From positions 1,798,001 through 1,862,000 of the forward strand of contig CATNEN010000024.1 in the NCBI GenBank assembly GCA_950097015.1: 64,000 nt of DNA, in the 5' to 3' direction. The notes beneath the pieces are model-generated. The model had not been told where the DNA came from and ran no database searches. It saw only the letters and a list, made by a program, of their open reading frames with translations. The translations under genes were made by a program, and so were the position numbers. Below are positions 12,901-22,541 of the stretch, one piece after another (position 1 is the first letter of the stretch; each line of letters begins with the position of its first letter). Source of the stretch: Macrostomum hystrix. Lineage: Eukaryota; Animalia; Platyhelminthes.

Positions 12901-14062
12901 TAAACTCAATCGCTAGTTGCTATGCGAGCTATCATATGCGAGTGACCAAACAATAAAGACAGCGATTACAATAGCCATATGGCTGCACAATGGCAGGGAC
13001 ACTAGCGGCTGGAAGAGGATAATTTAAAGGTACAATAGGACTCCAGCAGGACGCGTCTAATCTTATCTGTGAGATCTCATTATCTCCGTTGTCATGAAAT
13101 CTCTTCGTTTAAATATTAATTAATGAGATGCTAACGATTGCAATCATGAGTTTCAAATAGTATGAGACTCAGTATCTGATCCATGAATTTGAGAATATTG
13201 ATCTCATCCTTTAGTTCGAGATACTGAAATCTCATCCTTTGATAATGTGTGTAGAAAGTTTCCACATTAGAGAGCTCGATAATCTCTTAAGCCTAATCTC
13301 AAAGATGATATCCCAGATGGACAAAGAAGACCCATTTTCCCTACCTAATAAGGCCAAACATGTTTTGTAGGCCCACACTACCGCACTCCACATGAGAACA
13401 CCCCACACTACCGCATTCCACATGAGAACACCCCACACTACCGCATTCCACATGAGAACATCCCACACTACCGCACTCCACGTGAGAACACCCCACACTA
13501 CCGCACTCCACATGAGAACACCCCACACTACCGCACTCCACGTGAGAACACCCCACACTGCCGCATTCCACATGAGAACACCCCACACTACCGCACTCCA
13601 CGTGAGAACACCCCACACTGCCGCATTCCACATGAGAACACCCCACACTACCGCACTCCACGTGAGAACACCCCACACTGCCGCATTCCTTATGAGAACA
13701 CCCCACACAACTGCATTCCACATGAGAACACCCCACACTACCGCACTCCACATGAGAACACCCCACACTACCGCACTCCACGTGAGAACACCCCACACTG
13801 CCGCATTCCTTATGAGAACACCCACACTGCCGCACTCCTTATGAGAACACCCACACTGCCGCATTCCTTATGAGAACACCCACACTGCCGCATTCCTTAT
13901 GAGAACACCCCACACTGCCGCATTCCACATGAGAACACCCTATTAATAAAACCCGGCACAGTAGAAGCTCACAGGCAGCGAGAAGGCCTTCTTGTTTCCG
14001 TCCAACAGTTGAACATAGAAGTCGACCTCCTTGCTGGCGGCGGCGCTGAAGATGGTGCACAT
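980..14062 (-). CDS. FERM-domain (band 4.1 family) protein, at least 10 coding exons; C-terminal exons not resolved
   Basis: Phase-consistent GT-AG exons: 13973-14062 (MCTIFSAAASKEVDFYVQLLDGNKKAFSLP), 8758-8862 (GNHKGQELLRTVLNSIGVPEQQFFGLKYMDTRKTL), 8622-8670 (QWVNVRKTVHSLVKCC), 5666-5768 (..LFLAVRFYPNDPCRELSEST), 5430-5527 (LQVFLQAIQDIQAGLVTVPRDKAARLAALMLQ), 4828-4942 (HHGDFDH..IYRMLK), 3648-3735 (GLPASRAEYQFLSHVKWLDGYGRVKFRVT), 3318-3415, 980-1043 (PRIKKFQLKKNRMVMKVRSKS). Nine exons are listed and at least one more lies downstream. Motifs match FERM lobes F1, F2 and F3 in order. Confidence 0.9.
1180..3295. repeat. 25/26-bp purine-rich minisatellite (GGGAGAATAGGGGATGAGAAGGTAGT) in FERM intron
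   Basis: About 80 variant units read directly; ORFs 1269-2886 are translations of it. Confidence 0.97.
3760..4715. repeat. 20-bp minisatellite (GTAGTCAGAAGAGTAGACAG) in FERM intron
   Basis: Direct tandem units with 17-bp variants and an embedded (GTCAA)n run near 4550-4573. Confidence 0.97.
5115..5305. repeat. 22-bp minisatellite (TCAATCTTCAACCAGTCATATG)
   Basis: About 6-8 units, degenerate at the 5' side. Confidence 0.9.
5790..6255. repeat. 31-bp minisatellite (GAATTTAGGAGGAAATTCAGGATGAAAGCTT)
   Basis: About 14 units, starting next to the acceptor of FERM exon 5666-5768. Confidence 0.95.
7020..8570. repeat. 23-bp minisatellite with two main variants (AAGCCTGGTCTATGACCTACATC / ...CCTCAATA)
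   Basis: About 67 units read directly. Confidence 0.97.
8905..9160. repeat. Degenerate copies of the 37-bp repeat family seen at 1-460
   Basis: Recurring GAATGGATTGCTA(A/G)TCTATCC(C/A)ATGG..GAAGGA units. Confidence 0.8.
10615..10900. repeat. 21-bp minisatellite (CTCACCTGTGTCCTAATTCTC) with degenerate tail
   Basis: About 5 perfect units at 10630-10735, then decayed copies. Confidence 0.9.
11684..11995 (-). mobile_element. tRNA-derived CORE-like SINE (family A), apparently full length
   Basis: Reverse strand: tRNA-like head GGTTGTAGCCTAATGGTTAGAGCG..GGTTCGATTCCCG (Pol III A and B boxes); central TGTGTCTTTTAGCAAGACACTTAACTCTGCAGTGCTTCAGTTCACCCAGCTGTTAAATGGG, resembling the MIR CORE from memory; CAGTCC-GT-GGACTG hairpin; (ATT)n tail. 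Other copies at 30876 and 36660. Confidence 0.85.
12265..12611 (+). mobile_element. tRNA-derived SINE (family B) with HDV-ribozyme-like 3' core
   Basis: Head GGGGGTCGATGGCAGAGCGGTTAACGCG..GGTCGATTCCG (A/B boxes); body shared with copies at 28425, 31906, 35273 and 61414-63065; (TTA)n tail. Confidence 0.85.
13370..13940. repeat. 30-bp minisatellite (CCCCACACTACCGCACTCCACATGAGAACA) in FERM intron 1
   Basis: About 19 units ending ~30 bp from the exon-1 donor; ORFs 13232-13864 are artefacts. Confidence 0.97.
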
Positions 14063-14334
14063 GTCTAGCAGCTGCCCTCAATGCAGCTGATAGCAAGGCC
14101 TATTTTTTTCGTCTAGGTGGCTTTCTGTCTGAGAACGAAATATAATAGGAGGCTAGATTCAGCCTCTGCGCTGCAATGTGAATGCATTTTCATCACAACA
14201 GAGAAAATTATAACTCTCAGACAGTAAATTAGCATGTAAGACATAAATATATTAGAAAATGTGTAAATATCTTAAAATTAGATGAACCATAAAATTTTAT
14301 TTAAAAAAGAATTTGCCTGCTCGCTGGAGAATGA

Positions 14335-14755
14335 CACTCTAATTCCAAGTTACTCACTATAAAATGGCAAGATGGTACTTCCAATTCCAAGTTGCTCGCT
14401 ATAAAATGGCAAGATGGTACTTCCAATTCCAAGTTGCTCGCTATAAAATGGCAAGATGGTACTTCCAATTCCAAGTTGCTCGCTATAAAATGGCAAGATG
14501 GCACTTCAAATTCCAAGTTGCTCGCTATAAAATGGCAAGATGGTACTTCCAATTCCAAGTTGCTCGCTATAAAATGGCAAGATGGCACTTCCAATTCCAA
14601 GTTGCTCGCTATAAAATGGCAAGATGGTACTTCCAATTCCAAGTTGCTCGCTATAAAATGGCAAGATGGTACTTCCAATTCCAAGATGCTCGCTATAAAA
14701 TGGCAAGATGGCACTTCCAATTCCAAGTTGCTCGCTATAAAATGGCAAGACGGCA
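14335..14755. repeat. 42-bp minisatellite (AAGTTGCTCGCTATAAAATGGCAAGATGGTACTTCCAATTCC)
   Basis: About 10 units; produces the 14-aa periodic ORFs in several frames. Confidence 0.97.
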
Positions 14756-16673
14756 CCGCAAATTTAAATCCTGCTTAGCGTCCCAGCTATGAAAAGAGAT
14801 TTGCTGCCAGACATATGAAGGCGAAGGCGTTCACTGGAAAGTTCGGCTCAACTTCAAGCTCAATCGGATTGACAAAGAGTACCTCTTCCCTTAGAGCCTG
14901 GATTTGCGAATTCTTTCACAGAAAGCCGCGCGCCCATCATAGATAATAAGCCGTTTCTTCTGACTAAATCGGTGATTACAGGCAGAAGAGACGGAGAAAC
15001 GGAAGTCACCGGGTCTGTAATAAGGCCAGCTCTACGCTGCTCAGTGCCGAACTCAGCCAGAGAGGACCCGAGGCTTGGCTGCCTCCACTGTTCATAATTA
15101 ACAGAATCACGCAACGGAGAGGACTGCAACGCATGACTCGGCATGATAATGCTGTGAAGGCTGTGAAGGTCGGGACGGCAGGGTTGCATGAAATACCGAT
15201 TGGTGCGCGAGAACCAGAGCACGTGATGATCAAGAGCTTCCAACGGTTCATCAATGGTAGTCCCTCTCGGTGAGCGCGTGACGCAGCGATTTTATTTTTT
15301 TTAGTTTGCATTTTTCATTGCATCCAAAGCAACCCACGGTTAGAAGAGATTTCAAGGAGCTTGGAAGATCAAAGACCTAGTAGGCAAAATCTGCATTGAA
15401 AATGCTCAGTCAGTTGCAAAATAAGACAAAAAGATACGCTGCTGTCTTTGATGGGGAATATATTAAAAACAAGCTGCCAAGGAACTCAGAGTGCTCAATC
15501 GGTTAGTGGAGCCTCTGTGCCACTTGACTGTCATAGTTGAAAGCAAAGCTTTTTTGCGGCCTTGTGCTGTGAGTGACCAGTTCTTTCTAACACGCATTTT
15601 TCACTTAGCGACAGACACAAAAATGCGAATTATTGTCTAAGATAAAATATTATTAAAGCTTAAAACTTTCCTGAGCCTTGAAATTCTGTATACTAGGATG
15701 GGAACTTCTGCATTTACGAAAGTGCTTATTTAGTGTACAATCTCTTCAATTTTATATATCAGGAACGGCGTCAAAACATTAGGCTTGATAAATAATACGA
15801 GTGTGTATGCATATGAGAGCGTCCTATGCATTACGACTGCCTGATTTTGTCCCTCCCGCTATAGATTCAATTAATAGGATTGAAAATCTGACCTACCAAT
15901 CCCAACTGATTGAAGCGAATCCAATCTAACAAAGAGCTAGCCATTGAGCTTTTAATTGCCAACAATTAAAAAAATAGACTTGGTTGTTGAAAAATGCTTA
16001 TTTTTTTAAATAACAGTCTGATATTTCATTTTCATAGGGATAAACGATAAATAAAGAGCTTTGATGACGGCCACAATAAATTTTGGTTACCATAAAAGGG
16101 AAATTGCAATTATTTTTTACTTTTTAATGTAATAATTTAAGCAAAAATCTCACTAGGACTTTTCAATGGGATATTTTGTGACACACAATAGCATTTTAGG
16201 AGATAAACATTATTAGTCAAATAGTGGTTTTTGCGATGCCATGTCTAACAGCGAATTTAGCTTCGGACAGTGGTTTTATAAGCGTCCCTTTCATGGGTCA
16301 ATGTTCAACTTGTACATATAAATGTTAACTGTATTTTAATAAATTACATGGCATTGAAAAATTTTCAGACAAGAACTCCTTGTAATACATAAATATTCAT
16401 CGCCATGAATACCAACTATATATTCGCATCGTCTATAAAGCTTTTTGTTTCACACAGGTGACAGATGGGTGTGCCATTGAGTTCGTGGGATTCTTTAGTA
16501 TAAAAAGGGCCATAAACAAAACAAACAACAAAGTACTGAATCTCTGTCTGTTGAATGAACTTTCTAATTGATCAGTAATGATGCAACAAAAACTTTCCAA
16601 ATTCTTGACTCTAGCTCGCAGTTTTAAGACTCTGTCGAAATTTCGGAGCCACAGATAGTCTGAGCTCATCAAC

Positions 16674-18011
16674 TCAAGCGCTGGTAATTGGTTTGAGAGC
16701 AATAGTTTCGCCGCAGGTGGCCTCTGGTAGGTCGAAGCCGCCGCTACGGCCGAAGCGGCCTCGATTTCGAGAATTGGCACCGCGGCAACGTCTGCAATAC
16801 GCGACGAGCACTGCTGGCAGGCGGACCAGCTCGCGCAGGTCCTGCCGAAACCGTCCGTTGGATATGCAGTAGATGAATATGTTTAGAAAACTGTCAAGAA
16901 GGGTGGCAAACTTTGATAGGCCAACAATTAAAGCGTCAAGCTTTTTGTTGCTAATGCGACCGTCGACTATCTTGCTAATGAAGAGTGGAAACTCCAGTAC
17001 GAGGAAGGTGACACACAGAATGATAACCAACAAGTTGCCTCTCGTGCCCTGCTGACCAGGTTGTCCACCGCCGCCGCCGCCGCGCCTCTGGGACGGCTGG
17101 CTAGATAAGACATTAGACCCGCGCACAGTAGACGAGGTGTTCTTTCGCAAGGACCGCTTTAGCCTGCGGTGCCGCCTCAGGCCCAGCATGATGCGGGCGC
17201 TAAAGTAGCAAACGGCCAGAATTGGACCGCCGGTCTGAAACAGCAGCAGCGCGCCAATTAAGTACCAGTTGTTGAACGCGTCGTACAAAGCGCCGTACAT
17301 TCGCATGTCCAGCGAGTCCAGAGAATAGACATCACCTGGACGCTGGCAGGCGACGCAGGTGAAGTGGAAGAAGCGCGGCAGTGAGATTACCACAGAGGCG
17401 GTTACCGTGGTGGCGATAATGGCATGCACGCGCGACACGCTAGAGAAGACCTTCACAGGCTTCATAGCTCGGCAGACGGCTTCATAGCGGAATGTGGAGA
17501 TGAGTACAACAAGCCAGTTGCGGCCAATGTGAAAGCTGGTCTGGAGCACTATCAGCAGGTTTATCAGCACGCAGAAGAATATGCTGGACTGGATGCCAGA
17601 GAAGGAAAGTGTAGAACTAAACAGGCTGTACTCAGTGATGTGGTACATTAGGAAAAATAAATGGAAGAGAATCTCCAGAAATGACAGTGCCTTGAGCAGC
17701 AGTACAACCATGCACTGGACGGTGGCTCCGGAACTGTCCTGTTTGCTGAACACAGCGAACGATAGCCCATTGCTGAGGATGTTCAGCGCGTTGAAGGCGC
17801 AGAAGGCGGTGGAATAAGGCCGCAGGGTGGCGGCGAAGTGGCAGTTGCGCTGTTGGATAGCTTCGCAGAAATCCGATGTGCCCAGACACACCAAAGAGTT
17901 AATTGAGCTTGGAGCAAACAGCCAGGGATGGTGGGATTGCAGCTCTGACTGGTTGGCTGAGCAAGGTCCATTGCTGAAATTGCCCAGACTGAAATTTCCT
18001 ATGCAAGGCAT
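16674..18011 (-). CDS. Intronless class A (rhodopsin-like) GPCR, FMRFamide/peptide-receptor-like, 445 aa
   Basis: Seven hydrophobic segments; N-terminal N-glycosylation sequons (NFS, NFS, NQS); FRYEAVC in place of DRY; PRFF in TM4; EFP in TM6; DSFLNIFIYC in TM7 followed by an FR helix 8. Confidence 0.92.
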   Translation of the reverse strand: MPCIGNFSLGNFSNGPCSANQSELQSHHPWLFAPSSINSLVCLGTSDFCEAIQQRNCHFAATLRPYSTAFCAFNALNILSNGLSFAVFSKQDSSGATVQCMVVLLLKALSFLEILFHLFFLMYHITEYSLFSSTLSFSGIQSSIFFCVLINLLIVLQTSFHIGRNWLVVLISTFRYEAVCRAMKPVKVFSSVSRVHAIIATTVTASVVISLPRFFHFTCVACQRPGDVYSLDSLDMRMYGALYDAFNNWYLIGALLLFQTGGPILAVCYFSARIMLGLRRHRRLKRSLRKNTSSTVRGSNVLSSQPSQRRGGGGGGQPGQQGTRGNLLVIILCVTFLVLEFPLFISKIVDGRISNKKLDALIVGLSKFATLLDSFLNIFIYCISNGRFRQDLRELVRLPAVLVAYCRRCRGANSRNRGRFGRSGGFDLPEATCGETIALKPITSA

Positions 18012-21000
18012 TGGTAGACGACTCCTAGTCGGCTTCTGGGCTGTGCAGAGAGCTAGATCAGCGTTGTTGATTTGTTGTTTAGCTTTTTTACTTTTTAGGC
18101 GCTTTATATAAGTACGATTGATTTGTTTTAATTTATTAAGCGACTTGTTTATTTGACAAAACTGGACTTAATAAGAGTTGAGCTGTGCATTCTGGATTGG
18201 CTACAGGGCATTAACCAATCCAGTTGCCAAGTTTTATAAAGTGGACATGAAAATAAATACTTATTTGAAAAAAAATTGTTTATTTGAACACAAAATCTAC
18301 TGAAAGTAGCAATATGAGATTTTTCTGTTTTAATTTGAACCATGTATCCACAAGCAGATTACAAGCATGAATAATATATGCTATTTTTGTTTTAGAAAAT
18401 ATAACTCCATTTTCATAATATAGCTTTAGTAAGTTATAAGGTATTATTTCTCTTATATAGTCTAATTAACCTTACATAGGGCCCAGTAAATTTTTATTTG
18501 ATAATTAAATGATTATTAGCAAAACTTTTTTCTTCCATTGATTAATTTTACCTACAATAATCAAGAGACTAATATGAGTAGTAATACTTTACTAACCATT
18601 TGGTAAAAATGGTAACAATAAACAAATCACTACTTTCAATTTCCTTCTATTTTTACCATAATTCAGCTATTTTTACTTAAGCATGCTATAAGTGCATGTG
18701 CCACTTTGTTTATTGGCCATTACTCATATCATATGTTGTGATCCAACATACACTTTTTTACTCATTTTAATTATCACTCTGACTGATATTGCCCATTTTG
18801 GGCTTAGGTTTACTAGCCATATAGGTTTTGTAGCCATGATATCACATGAAGATTGTAGATTAGATTGATAATATTGATCATTGATAATGATATAATATTC
18901 TCTAGAGAGTAAAGAAACAAAGAGCAAAACAAAGAGATTGAAAGCTATTGTTGCTAATTATACAAATTTGAATATCTTTTTAATCTACTAAGTTAAAAAT
19001 CTGTAAATAACCATTTTTTAAAGGAAAATAAATAATTTGCAATGCTACTAATATATAAAAACATATTTTCTGAAATTGGAAACAGGTAATAGGAAATGCA
19101 CACTGTTGGTAACAACTAATTACCATCGTTTTTGTTACCAGTCCTTTGTAACAGTAAAACGTAATGTTGCATAAAAGTAATGATTGTTACAAATAGGTAA
19201 CTAATAAAAATTAATGCACCAAAGTGTGCATTTAAAATATCTAGCTGTATATAGATCAATACTGTCATTGCCAATAATTTTTTGTAATGCAGCTGACACA
19301 AAACGTCAAATAGTTTTAAAACACTAATAAAAGCTTATATTATATACACATTTATTTCTAAATAATGGTTGATAGTTCATTTGAAAAAATAGTTATTGAT
19401 TTATTTGTATAGTTTGCGTCTATTATTAGACCTCTAATATGAGCTATGGGTATTTAAACTAATCCACACTAGTCTAGCTAGCACTAGACATCAACACTTT
19501 AGTTTAGTCCCTACCCTTTCTTTTTTATTTTCTGAAACACAACAATGCAAGAATTTATTTCTAATTTCTACCACAACAACAAATTTACACAGTTCAGAAC
19601 AAATTGAAAAAAGAATAATAATATATAGTATAAACACGTTGCAATAGTGACAATGCCTTCATAATTTTTTATAGAGGACCATATATACATATTGGCATAG
19701 CAGTTTATAGCACCCACCAAGTGATGGGTAACTTTGTCATTTTATGCAGTATTCGTTTTAGCATTTAAATACAAGACTAACAAGTAGCCTAATATCAGTC
19801 AATTGTGATCGATCGTTTGTTCAATTTTTAATTTTTTTTTACATATTAAACATTTTTACACTGGAACTTTAGCAAGTAATTAAAATCAAATGCCAAATTA
19901 ATACTTTCAACTTAGTGCAGTGCAGTGGAACTAATAGCTTGGTTTATGTACTTACATTTTTAGATACTTATAAAACATTTTTAAACATTTGGACTCATAA
20001 AGGGATAAATCACTGAAGGTATCGTAGCTCATAAACTGTATAATTTTCATAAAATCTTGAAAAACGTGGGTGCCCTTTGCAGTTTAAAAATTGCAGATAT
20101 GCGACATTCTCTTTTTTTAAGATATCTTGTTTGTTTTTCCAATTCAATTAGTTTTTAATTATTTTGCTGCATTCGTTTAACTGTTTTACGCGGAAATCGA
20201 AACTGTATTATTATAAATTAAATAGAAGAGTTTGTTTCATTAGTGTTTCACAGTAAAATTTCCGTAAAATCTTAACTTTGAATGTTCAACATTTATGTGA
20301 CGGGAGCAATACATACGTTTCTTGCCTTCCGTTCTCTATAAATTTTAATTATACGAAAATATCGCATTATAAGTTATTAGTAACAAATAACTTCGAACCT
20401 CTACAATGAAATATGTTAAATCGATGAAATGCTGATCTTAGTTGTAAAATATATGCATACTGAACTTTGATTCTGCATCTAGACCACTGCTCTCGCCGAA
20501 TTTAAAAACTATCCACGGACAGCATAGTTGAGCGACGCTTAGGAGGCAAGGATCATTAGTTATTTATTTAGTAATGTACAAGGACCACTATGAGTGGACT
20601 TCGTATACTACTCCAATTGTGGTCCTTGGTCATAATTATCAACAGCTACTCCTGTCGTAAAAATTATTTTAAGTAAAATGAGTTATATATAGGGTTATAT
20701 GTTACGTTATACGTTATATAACGAGTAAAGTATATAGACACAAGTAACTTAAGTAGCCATTGCTTGTTTAAGTAGTAGTATCTATACTTAGTAGTATTCT
20801 TAGTAGTAACCAGTGTCCAGTGCGTGAAATTTTTAGTACTAAGGTGCTCCCCAGTTACTAAGTAGTCCATGTACTGCTCTGTATAGTAGTTGACTGGGTG
20901 TACCAAGTACCAAGTGGGATAGCGATGAAATGTAATTTTCGGCAGTTTGCAAACTTTTGAAAACGTCCGCAGAATTTAGAAATATATAACCTGTATACTG

Positions 21001-22541
21001 TCTATTATAGATAGGCTATAGACGGGTACCAAGGAAGCTTATTATTTTCTGAAGATTTCGCAGAATTTATGGTACCCTACCGATCGTGTTCTACTGTCCA
21101 TCATAAAATCTAAAATTAATTAATGTGCCAGTCATGCGGTAGGCACCTACATAGGGCATGCGTTACAATTATAGTGCAATCGTCCTGTTCTTTTATAACT
21201 ACGACAATCTTTAAGAGCATGAAACTCTTACCAGCACATTCTCTTTGATGGCATAAGTGTTAATTATGCATTTATCGGCACATGTGAAGGATCATCTCAT
21301 ACAAGCGAATTCGTCACATACGAGCGTAGAATCATCCGCGTCAAACATATTCTACACGGAGCCCGCAGCCAGCGCAAGAGGGGCGCCCGACCTGGCGTGG
21401 AAATTTAAGGTCTTTACAAAGTGACGCCTATTTTATCATTTAGCAGTTGCCTGCTGGCTCACGCTGGTGCCAACCGTTACCGCTTGCTGCTGTTTTTTAA
21501 GTTGCCCATTCTCAGTAAAAAACTTAGTTTTTTTCCTTTTCCCTATTCCTTTTTCTCTGGATGGTGTTTCATTTGTATATGTGGGCTCCTAAATGGAAAT
21601 AACTTTTATCAGGCCGACAAGCATTCGAGTAGTAATATTTTTAGCTAACATCGTTGTTGTAAATGGTATGGCTCTGTGACTTTGCAAATGTGGAATTTAC
21701 ATTCGCCCCTAAAGACACAATAACTCGATTACTCATTAGTACTCGCACATACGAGTACAATACTCGTACAAGCCAATATGTGGGAGTATGCATTGTCCGA
21801 TTGCTTCATTGTCATGACGTAAGCGGCCCTGTCTGGCTACTAATTAAGAAAATCTGCAGCGATCCAATTCAAGTACCATGCAGCCGCTTAGAGATAAACA
21901 GGTCCTACCGGCGCGTCCTCGATCTGCAGCTCTTACTGCACATGTGACAGAAAATTGACCGCATCCCTACTATATATACATGGCTAGATTATTGATGGGA
22001 CAGAAAATTGCTATGCTGGAAGGAGGCACATACAGTACAAGCCTCGGTCCAATGAGACTTCGCGATCCCTTTTATCGTAAGTCACAAAGCGAAAAAGCGC
22101 CATAGGGATACAAGCGGTTCGCAGCGACGCAAGCAGGTAACTGAACGCGCGCTGCACATCTGTTCCGCTCTGTGAGAGACTGGCTTCGGGCTTGTGAGGT
22201 GGCGAGTGTGAGAGAGAGAGCGAATCCAGGGTTTGGCTTGGCCTTTTTAGATCTAGCGCAGTGAGAGGGCGACGGTCCGCCTGCACGCCGTGGATGCAGC
22301 GTATTGCATTCCTACAGTGCAGTCCAGATCGCTGTGCAATTGAAATCGTGATTTCCCAGTATCTCAATCGTGACAGCCGTGGCATTTTTTTGCTGGGTCT
22401 CGTCACCTAAAGGCGAGCCGTCTAACTAACCGCATTGCAAGATCAACTTTGCGTCAGCTGTCGGGTGGGTCGGGCCGCGGTTCCGCCAACCGGCAGCAGA
22501 GGAGGAGGTCGGCGGTTGCGGCGGTGGCGTAGGCCTTACAG

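Noticed and set aside
14860-15311. 127-aa and 101-aa ORFs upstream of the FERM gene
   Set aside because: No recognisable motif or supported splice structure.
20581-20626. Hairpin AGGACCAC..GTGGTCCT
   Set aside because: Only an 8-bp perfect stem, single occurrence, no supporting context.
21358-21390. CCCGCAGCCAGCG matching the SINE-B core
   Set aside because: Only 13 nt, with a different loop and no flanking homology.
22011-22406. 131-aa minus-strand ORF
   Set aside because: No domain signal; lies in the presumed SPARC-like promoter or 5' region.
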